Assembly: GCF_009914755.1 (NCBI RefSeq)
Contig: NC_060937.1
Length of the DNA: 64,000 bases
Origin: the human T2T-CHM13v2.0 reference genome, Homo sapiens
Reading direction: 5' to 3' (one strand)
This document shows positions 16,601-28,845 of the stretch, piece after piece; within the stretch, counting starts at the first letter, position 1; each line of letters begins with the position of its first letter. The notes below the pieces were generated by a model, which did no database searches, was not told the origin of the DNA, and was given only the letters and a program-made list of their open reading frames with translations. The position numbers were made by a program, and so were the translations under genes.

Positions 16601-19600
16601 ACATGAAATATGAAATTACATAAAATATATATTATATTAGGTACTTAAAATATGAAAGTACATCAAATATAAATTATATACTGTACATAAAATACCAAAG
16701 TACCCCAAATATATATTACATACTGTACATGAAATATCAAAGTTCACAAACTATATATTTTATACTGTACATAAAATATCAAAGTACCCAAGGTATATAT
16801 TCTATACTGTACAAAAAATATAAAAGTACCCAAAACATGTATCATATACTGTACATAAAATATGAAAGTACATCAAATATATATTTTATTCTGTACATAA
16901 AATATCAAAGTACAGCAAATATATATTCTATAGTGTACATAAAATATCAAAGTACCCAAACTATACATTTTATACTGTACATAAAATATGAAATTACATC
17001 AAATATATATTACATTAGGTACATAAAATATGAAAGTACATCAAATATAGATTATATACTGTACATAAAATATCAAAGTACCCCAAATATATATTATATA
17101 CTGTACATGAAATATCAAAGTTCACAAACTATATAGTATATACTGTACATAAAATATCAAAGTACCCAAGGTATATATTCTGTACTGTACAAAAAATATC
17201 AAAGTACCCAAAGCATGTATTATATACTGTACATAAAATATGAAAGTACATCAAATAAATATTTTATTCTGTACATAAAATATCAAAGTACACCGAATAT
17301 ATCTTCTACAGTGTACATAAAATATCAAAGTACCCAAACTATACATTATAAACTGTACATAAAATTTGAAATTACATCAAATATATACTATATTATGTAC
17401 ATAAAATATGAAAGTACATCAAATATAGATTATATACTGTACATAAAATACCAAAGTACACCAAATATATATTTTATAGTATACATGCAATATCAAAGTT
17501 CACAAACTATATTTTATATACTGTACACAAAATATCAAAGTACCGAAGCTATATATTCTATACTGTACAAAAAATATCAAAGTACCCAAAGCATGTATTA
17601 TATACTGTACATAAAATATGAAAGTACATCAAATATATATTTTATTCTGTACATAAAATATCAAAGTACACTAAATATATATTCTATAGTGTACATAAAA
17701 TATCAAAGTACCCAAACTATACATTATATACTGTACATAAAATATGAAATTACATCAAATATATATTATATTAGGTACATAAAATATGAAAGTACTTCAA
17801 ATATAGATTATATACTGTACATAAAATACCAAAGTACCCCAAATACATATTATATACTGTACATTAAATATCAAAGTTCACAAACTATATATTATATACT
17901 GTACATAAGATATCAAAGTACCCAAGGTATATATTCTATACTGTACAAAAAATATCAAAGTACCCAAAGCAAGTATTATATACTGTACATAACATATGAA
18001 AGTACATCAAATATATATTTTATTCTGTACATAAAATATCAAAGTACACCAAATATATATTCTATAGTGTACATAAAATATCAAAATACCCAAACTATAC
18101 ATTATATACTGTACATAAAATATGAAATTACATCAAATATATATTATATTAGGTACATAAAATATGAAAGTACATCAAATATAAATTATATACTGTACAT
18201 AAAATACCAAAGTACCCCAAATATATATTATATACTGTACATGCAATATCAAAGTTCACAAACTATATATCATATACTGTACATAAAATATCAAAGTACC
18301 GAAGGTATATATTCTATCCTATACAAAAAATATCAAAGTACCCAAAGCATGTATTATATACTGTACATAAAATATGTAAGTACATCAAATATATATTTTA
18401 TTCTGTACATAAAATATCAAAGTACACCAAATATATATTCTATAGTGTACATAAAATATCAAAGTACCCAAACTATACATTATATACTGTACATAAAATA
18501 TGAAATTACATCAAATATATATTATCTTAGGTACATAAAATATGAAAGTACATCAAATATAGATTATATACTGTACATAAAATACCAAAGTACCGCAAAT
18601 ATATATTATATACTGTACATGAAATATCAAAGTTCACAAACTATATATTATATACTGTACATAAAATATCAAAGTACCCAAGGTATATATTCTATACTCT
18701 ACAAAAAATATCAAAGTACCCAAAGCATGTATTATATACGGTACATAAAATATGAATGTACATCAAATATATATTTAATTCTGTACATAAAATATCAAAG
18801 TACACCAAATATATATTCTATAGTGTACATAAAATATCAAAGTACCCAAAGTATACATTATATACTGTACATAAAATATGAAATTACATCAAATATATAT
18901 TATATTACGTACATAAAATATGAAAGTACATCAAATATAGATTATATACGGTACATAAAATACCAAAGTACACCAAATATATATTTTATACTGTACATGC
19001 AATATCAAAGTTCACAAACTATATATTATATACTGTACATAAAATATCAAAGTACCGAAGCTATATATTCTATACTGTACAAAAAATATCAAAGTACCCA
19101 AAGCATGTATTATATACTGTACATAAAATATGAAAGTACATCAAATATATATTTTATTCTGTACATAAAATATAAAAGTACACTAAATATATATTCTATA
19201 GTGTACATAAAATATCAAAGTACCCAAACTATACATTATATACTGTACATAAAATATGAAATTACATCAAATATATATTATATTAGGTACATAAAATATG
19301 AAAGTACATCAAATATAGATTATATACTGTACATAAAATACCAAAGTACCCCAAATACATATTATATACTGTACATTAAATATCAAAGTTCTCAAACTAT
19401 ATATTATATACTGTACATAAAATATCAAAGTACCCAAGGTATATATTCTATACTGTACAAAAAATATCAAAGTACCCAAAGCAAGTATTATATACTGTAC
19501 ATAAAATATGAAAGTACATCAAATATATATTTTATTCTGTACATAAAATATCAAAGTACACCAAATATATATTCTATACTGTACATAAAATATCAAAGTA

Positions 19601-22600
19601 CCCAAACTATACATTATATACTGTACATAAAATATGAAATTACATCAAATATATATTATATTAGGTACATAAAATATGAAAGTACATCAAATATAAATTA
19701 TATACTGTACATAAAATACCAAAGTACCCCAAATATATATTATATACTGTACATGCAATATCAAAGTTCACAAACTATATATCATATACTGTACATAAAA
19801 TATCAAAGTACCGAAGGTATATATTCTATACTGTACAAAAAATATCAAAGTACCCAAAGCATGTATTATATACTGTACATAAAATATGAAATTACATCAA
19901 ATATATATTTTATTCTGTACATAAAATATCAAAATACACAAAATATATATTCTATACTGTACATAAAATATCAAAGTACTCAAACTATACATTATATTCT
20001 GTACATAAAATATGAAATTACATCAAATATATATTATATTAGGTACATAAAATATGAAAGTACATCAAATATAAATTATATACTGTACATAAAATACCAA
20101 AATTCCCCAAATATATATTATATACTGTACATGAAATATCAAAGTTCACAAACTATATATTATATACTGTACATAAAATATCAATGTGCCCAAGGTATAT
20201 ATTCTATACTGTACAAAAAATATCAAAGTACCCAAAGCATGTATTATATACTGTACATAAAATATGAAAGTACATCAAATATATATTTTATTGTGTACAT
20301 AAAATATCAAAGTACACCAAATATATATTCTGTAGTGTACATAAAATATCAAAGTACCCAAACGATACATTATATACTGTACATAAAATATGAAATTACA
20401 TCAATTATATATTATATTAGGTACATAAAATATGAAAGTACATCAAATATAGATTGTATACTGTGCATAAAATACCAAAGTACCCCAAATACATATTATA
20501 TACTGTACATGAAATATGAAAGTTCACAAACTATATATTATATACTGTACATAAAATATCAAAGTACCCAAGGTATATATTCTATACTGTACAAAAAATA
20601 TCAACGTACCCAAAGCATGTATTATATACTGTACATAAAATATGAAAGTACATCAAATAAATATTTTATTCTGTACATAAAATATCAAAGTACACCAAAT
20701 ATATATTGTATAGTGTACATAAAATATCAAAGTACCCAAACTATACATTATAAACTGTACATAAAATATGAAATTACATCAAATATATACTATATTATGT
20801 ACATAAAATATGAAAGTACATCAAATATAGATTATATACTGTACATGAAATACCAAAGTACCCCAAATAAATATTTTATACTGTACATGCAATATCAAAG
20901 TTCACAAACTATATATTATATACTGTACATAAAATATCAAAGTACCCAAGGTATATATTCTATACTGTACAAAAAATATCAAAGTACCCAAAGCATGTAT
21001 TATATACTGTACATAAAATAAGAAAGTACATCAAATATATATTTTATTTTGTACATAAAATATCAAAGTACACCAAATATATATTCTATAGTGTACATAA
21101 AATATCAAAGTACCCAAACTATACATTATATACTGTACATAAAATATGAAATTACATCAACTATATATTATATTAGGTACATAAAATATGAAAGTATATC
21201 AAATATAAATTATATACAGTACATAAAATACCAAAGTACCCCAAATATATATTATATACTGTACATGCAATATCAAAGTTCACAAACTATATATCATATA
21301 CTGTACATAAAATATCAAAGTACCAAAGGTATATATTCTATACTGTACAAAAAATATCAAAGTACGCAAAGCATGTATTATATACTGTACATAAAATATG
21401 AAAGTACATCAAATATATATTTTATTCTGTACATAAAATATCAAAGTACACCAAATATATATTCTATAGTGTACATAAAATATCAAAGTACCCAAACTAT
21501 ACATTATATACTGTACATAAAATATGAAACTACATCAAATATATATTATAATAGGTACATAAAATATGAAAGTACATCAAATATAAATTATATACTGTAC
21601 ATAAAATACCAAAGAACCCCAAATATATATTATATACTGTACATGAAATATCAAAGTTCACAAACTATATATTATATACTGTATATAAAATATCAAAGTA
21701 CCCAAGGTATATATTCTATACTGTACAAAAAATATCAAAGTACCCAAAGCATGTATTATATACTGTTCATAAAATATGAAAGTACATCAAATATATATTT
21801 TATTCTGTACATAAAATATCAAAGTACACCAAATATATATTCTATAGTGTACATTAAATATCAAAGTACCCAAACTATACATTATATACTGTACATAAAA
21901 TATGAAATTACATCAAATATATATTATATTAGGTACATAAAATATGAAAGTACATCAAATATAGATTATATACTGTACATAAAATACCAAAGTACCCCAA
22001 ATACATATTATATACTGTACAAGAAATATCAAAGTTCACAAACTATATATTATATACTGTACATAAAATATCAAAGTACCAAGAGTATATATTCTATACT
22101 GTACAAAAAATATCAAAGTACCCAAAGCATGTATTATATACTGTACATAAAATATGAAAGTACATCAAATATATATTTTATTCTGTACATAAAATATCAA
22201 AGTACACCAAATATATATTCTATAGTGTACATAAAATATCAAAGTACCCAAACTATACATTATATACTGTACATAAAATATGAAATTACATCAAATATAT
22301 ATTATATTAGGTACATAAAATATGAAAGTACATCAAATATATATTATATACTCTACATAAAATACCAAAGTACCCCAAATACATATTATATACTGTACAT
22401 GCAATATCAAAGTTCACACACTATATATTATATACTGTACATAAGATATCAAAGTACCGAAGCTATATATTCTATACTGTACAAAAAATATCAAAGTACC
22501 CAAAGCATGTATTATATACTGTACATAAAATATGAAAGTACATCAAATATATATTTAATTCTGTACATAAAATATCAAAGTACACCAAATATATATTCTA

Positions 22601-23530
22601 TAGTGTACATAAAATATCAAAGTACCCAAACTATACATTATATACTGTACATAAAATATGAAATTACATCAAATATATATTATATTAGGTACATAAAATA
22701 TGAAAGTACATCAAATATAGATTATATACTGTACATAAAATAACAAAGTACCCCAAATACATATTATATACTGTACATGCAATATCAAAGTTCACAAACT
22801 ATATATTATATACTGTACATAAAATATCAAAGTACCCAAGGTATATATTCTATACTGTACAAAAAATATCAAAGTACCCAAAGCATGTATTATATACTGT
22901 ACATAAAATATGAAAGTACATCAAATATATATTTTATTCTGTACATAAAATATCAAAGTACACCAAATATATATTCTATAGTGTACATAAAATATCAAAG
23001 TACCCAAACTATACATTATATCCTGTACATAAAATATGAAATTACATCAAATATATATTATATTAGGTACATAAAATATGAAAGTACATCAAATATAAAT
23101 TTTATACTGTACGTAAAATACCAAAGAACCCCAAATATATATTATATACTGTACATGAAATATCAAAGTTCACAAACTATATATTATATACTGTATATAA
23201 AATATCAAAGTACCCAAGGTATATATTCTATACTGTACAAAAAATATCAAAGTACCCAAAACATGTATTATATACTGTTCATAAAATATGAAAGTACATC
23301 AAATATATATTTTATTCTGTACATAAAATATCAAAGTACACCAAATATATATTCTATAGTGTACATAAAATATCAAAGTACCCAAACTATACATAATAAT
23401 CTGTACATAATACATGAAATTACATCAAATATATACTATATTATGTACATAAAATATGAAAGTACGTCAAATATAGATTATGTACTGTACATAAAATATA
23501 AATTACCCAAAAATATATTATATACTGTAC

Positions 23531-26180
23531 ATGAAATATCAAAGTTCACAAACTATATATTATATACTGTACATAAAATATCAAAGTAACCAAACTATAC
23601 ATTATATACTGTACATAAAATATGAAATTACATCAAATATATATTATATTAGGTACATAAAATATGAAAGTACATCAAATATAGATTTTATACTGTACAT
23701 AAAATATCAAAGTACCCAAATATATATCATATACTGTACATGAAATATCAAAGTTCACAAACTATATATTATATACTGTACATAAAATATCAAAGTACAC
23801 AAATTATACATTTTATACTGTACATATAATATGAAATTACATCAAATATATATTATTTTAGGTATGTAAAATATGAAAGTACATCAAATATAGATTATAT
23901 ACTGTACATAAAATACCAAAAAGTACCCCAAATATATATTTTATACTGTACATGAAATATCAAAGTTCTCAAACTATATTTTATATACTGCACATAAAAT
24001 ATCAAAATAATCAAGGTATATATTCCATACTGTACAAAAAATATCAAAGTACCCAAAGCCTATATTATATGCTGTACATAAAATATGAAAGTACATCAAA
24101 TATATATTTTATTCTGTACATAAAATATCAAAGTACACCAAATATATATTCTATACTGTACATAAAATATCAAGGTACCCAAACTATACATTATATACTG
24201 TACATAAAATATGAAATTACATCAAATATATATTATATTAGGTACATAAAATATGAAAGTACATCAAATATAGATTATATACTGTACATAAAATATCAAA
24301 CTACCCAAATAAATATCATATACTGTACATGAAATATCAAAGTTCACAAACTATATATTATATACTGTACATAAAATATCAAAGTACCCAAACTATACAT
24401 TATATACTGTACATAAAATATGAAATTACATTAAATGTATATTATATTAAGTACATAAAATATGAAATTACATCAAATATATATTTTATTAGGTATGTAA
24501 AATATGAAAGTACATCAAATATAGATTATATACTGTACATAAAATACCAAAGTACCCCAAATATATATTTTATACTGTACATAAAATATCAAAGTTCTCA
24601 AACTATATATTATATTCTGCACTTAAAATATCAAAGTACCCAAGCTATATATTCCATAGTGTACAAAAAATATCAAAGTACCCAAAGCATATATAATATG
24701 CTGTACATAAAATATGAAAGTACATGAAATATATATTTTATTCTGTACATAAAATATCAAAGTAAACCAAATATATATTCTATACTGTACATAAAATATC
24801 AAGGTACCCAAACTATACATTATATACTGTATATAAAATATGAAATTACATCAAATATATATTATATTAGGTACATAAAATATGAAAGTACATCAAATAT
24901 AGATTATATACTGTACATAAAATATCAAAGTACGCAAATATATATCATATACTGTACATGTAATATCAAGGTACCCAAACTATACATTATATACTGTACA
25001 TAAAATATGAAATTACAACAAATATATATTATATTAGGTATGTAAAATATGAAACTACATCAAATATAGATTATATACTGTACATAAAATACCAAAGTAC
25101 CCCAAATATATATTTTATACTGTACATGAAATATCAAAGTTCTCAAACTATATATTATATACTGCACATAAAATATCAAAGTACCCAAGGTATATATTCC
25201 ATACTGTACAAAAAATATCAAAGTACCCAAAGCATATTATATATGCTGTACATAAAATATGAAAGTACATCAAATATATATTTTATTCTGTACATAAAAT
25301 ATCAAAGTACACCAAATATATATTCTATACTGTACATAAAATATCATGGTACCCAAACAATACATTATATACTGTACATAACATATGAAATTACATCAAA
25401 TATATATTATATTAGGTACATAAAATATGAAAGTACATCAAATATAGATTATATACTGTACATAAAATATCAAAGTACCCAAATATATATCATATACTGT
25501 ACATGAAATATCAAAGTTCACAAACTATATATTATATACTGTACATAAAATATCAAATTACCAAACTATACATTATATACTGTACATAAAATATGAAATT
25601 ACATCAAATATATATTTTATTAGGTATGTAAAATATGAAAGTACATCAAATATAGATTATATACTGTACATAAAATACCAAAGTACCCCAAATATATTTT
25701 TTATACTGTACATGAAATATCAACGTTCTCAAACTATATATTATATACTGCACATAAAATATCAGAGTACCCAAGGTATATATTCCATACTGTACAAAAA
25801 ATATCAAAGTACCCAAAGCATATATTTTATGCTGTACATAAAATATGAAAGTACATGAAATATATATTTTATTCTCTATATAAAATTTCAAAGTATACCA
25901 AATATATATTCTATACTGTACATAAAATATCAAGGTACCCAAACTATACATTATATACTGTACATAAAATATGAAATTACATCAAATATATATTATATTA
26001 GGTTCATAAAATATGAAAGTACATCAAATAAAGATTATATACTGTACATAAAATATCAAAGTACCCAAATATGTATCATATACTGTACATGAAATACCAA
26101 AGTTCACAAACTATATATTATATACTGTACATAAAATATCAAAGTACCCAAACTATACATTATATACTGTACATAAAATA
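23531..26180 (+). repeat. First, irregular block of the 14-mer (587 bp) HOR: a lone 5-mer followed by 14-, 15- and 13-mer-like units
   Basis: A-monomer ATGs at 23531, 23740 and 24329. A is followed directly by F. The 41-bp I* (agtacccaaatatatatcatatactgtacatg), G' (aggtatgtaa), A' (agttctcaa...ctgcac), C' (atatgctg) and F' (aaggtaccc) appear here as a fixed set. Confidence 0.85.
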
Positions 26181-28845
26181 TCAAAGTACCGAAAGCATGT
26201 GTTATATTCTGTACATAAAATATGAAAGTACATCAAATATATATTTTATTCTGTATAAAAAATATCAAAGTACACCAAGTATATATTCTATAGTGTACAT
26301 AAAATATCAAAGTACCCAAACTATACATTATATACTATACATAAAATTTGAAATTACATCAAATATATATTATATTAGGCACATAAAATATGAAAGTACA
26401 TCAAATATAGATTATATACTGTACATAAAATACCAAAGTACCCCAAATATATATTTTACACTGTACATGAAATATCAAAGTTCACAAACTATATATTATA
26501 TACTGTACATAAAATATCAAAGTACCCAATGTATATATTCTATACTGTACAAAATATATCAAAGTACCAAAAGCATGTATTATATACGGTACTTAAAATA
26601 TGAAAGAACATCAAATATATATTTTATTCTGTACATAAAATATCAAAGTACACCAAATATATATTCCATACTGTACATAAAAAATCAAAGTACCCAAACT
26701 ATACATTATATACTGTACATAAAAGATGAAATTACATCAAAAAAATATTATATTAGGTACATAAAATATGAAAGTACATCAAATATAGATTATATACTGT
26801 ACATAAAATATCAAAGTACCCCAAATATATATTTTATACAGTACATGAAATATCAAAGTTCACAAACTATATATTATATACTGTACATAAAATATCAAAG
26901 TACCCAATGTATATATTCTATACTGTAAAAAATATAACAAAGTACCCAAAGCATGTATTATATACTATACATAAAATATGAAAGTACATGAAATATATAT
27001 TTCATTCTGTACATAAAATATTAAAGTACACCAAATATATATTCTATACTGTACATAAAATATCAAAGTACACAAACTATACATTATATACTGTACATAA
27101 AAGATGAAATTACATCAAAAATATATTATATTAGGTACATAAAATATGAAAGTACATCAAATATAGATTATATACCTTACATAAAATATAAAAGTACCCC
27201 AAATATATATTATATACTGTACATGAATTATCAAAGTTCACAAACTATATATTATATACTCTACATAAAATATCAAAGTACCCAAGGTATATATTCTATA
27301 CTGTACAAAAAATATCAAAGTACCCAAAGCATGTATTATATACTGTACATAAAATATGAAACTACATCAAATATATATTTTATTCTGTACATAAAATATC
27401 AAAGTACACCAAATATATATTCTATAGTGTACATAAAATATCAAAGTACCCAAACTATACATTATATACTGTACATAAAATATGAAATTACATCAAAAAT
27501 ATATTATATTAGGTGAGTAAAATATGAAATTACATCAAATATAGATTATATACTGTACATAAAATATCAAAGTACCCCAAATATATATTATATACTGTAC
27601 ATGAAATATGAAAGTTCACGAACTATATATTATATACTGTACATAAAATATCAAAGTACCCAAGGTATATATTCTATACTGTACAAAAAATATCAAAGTA
27701 CACAAAGCATGTATTATATACTGTACATAAAATATGAAAGTACATGAAATATATATTTTAATCTGTACTTAAAATATCAAAGTACACCAAATATATATTC
27801 CATACTGTACATAAAAATTCAAAGTACCCAAACTATACATTATATACTGTACATAAAAGATGAAATTACATCAAAAATATATTATATTAGGTACATAAAA
27901 TATGAAAGTACATCAAATATAGATTATATACTGTACATAAAATATCAAAGTACCCCAAATATATATTTTATACAGTACATGAAATATCAAAGTTCACAAA
28001 CTATATATTATATTCTGTACATAAAATATCAAAGTACCCAATGTATATATTCTATACTGTACAAAAAATATCAAAGTACCCAATGCATGTATTATATACT
28101 GTACATAAAATATGAAAGTACACCAAATATATATTTTATTCTGTACATAAAATATCAAAGTGCACCAAATATATATTCTATACTGTACATAAAATATCAA
28201 AGTACCCAAACTATACATTATATACTGTACATAAAATATGAAATTATATCAAATATATATTATATTAGGTACATAAAATATGAAAGTACATCAAATATAG
28301 ATTATATACTGTACATAAAATATCAAAGTAGCCCAAATATATATTATATACTGTACATGAAATATCAAAGTTGACAAACTATATATTATATACAGTACAT
28401 AAAATATCAATGTACCCAAGGTATATATTCTATACTGTACAAAAAATATCAAAGTACCCAAAGCATGTATTATATACTGTACATAAAATATGAAAGTACA
28501 TCAAATATATATTTTATTCGGTACATAAAATATCAAAGTACACCAAATGTATATTCTATACTGTACATAAAATATCAAAGTACCGAAACTATACATTATA
28601 TACTGTACATAAAAGATGAAATTACATCAAAAATATATTATATTAGGTACATAAAACATGAAAGTACATCAAATATAGATTATATACTGTACATAAAATA
28701 TCAAAGTAAACAAATATATATTATATACTGTACATGAAATATCAAAGTTCACAAACTATATATTATATACTGTACATAATATATTAATGTACCCAAGGTA
28801 TATATTCTATACTGTACAAAAAACATCAAAGTACCCAAAGCATGT
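26181..28845 (+). repeat. Diverged 9-mer (378 bp) island, about 7 units, inside the 14-mer domain
   Basis: A is followed by B again and the G'/A'/C'/F' markers are absent. Private markers include aaagatgaaattacatcaaaaa and tacagtacatg. ORFs are more fragmented. The 14-mer markers resume at ~28850. Confidence 0.85.

Larger units (their letters stand above)
1..23530 (+). repeat. HSat1A domain with the canonical 9-mer (378 bp) HOR, monomer order A B C D E F G H I
   Basis: The translated frame cycles through nine distinct 14-aa monomers. Diagnostic motifs (agttcacaaac, cccaaggtat, aaagcatgtat, attaggtac) recur every 378 bp. A 378-bp 9-mer is the known HSat1A HOR. Confidence 0.95.

Noticed and set aside
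3-23589. Long + strand ORFs (889, 732, 731, 1268 and 564 aa) as repeat-protein genes
   Set aside because: They follow from a stop-free 42-bp monomer. They have no unique termini or domains, stops and frameshifts are scattered, and there is no visible synonymous bias.
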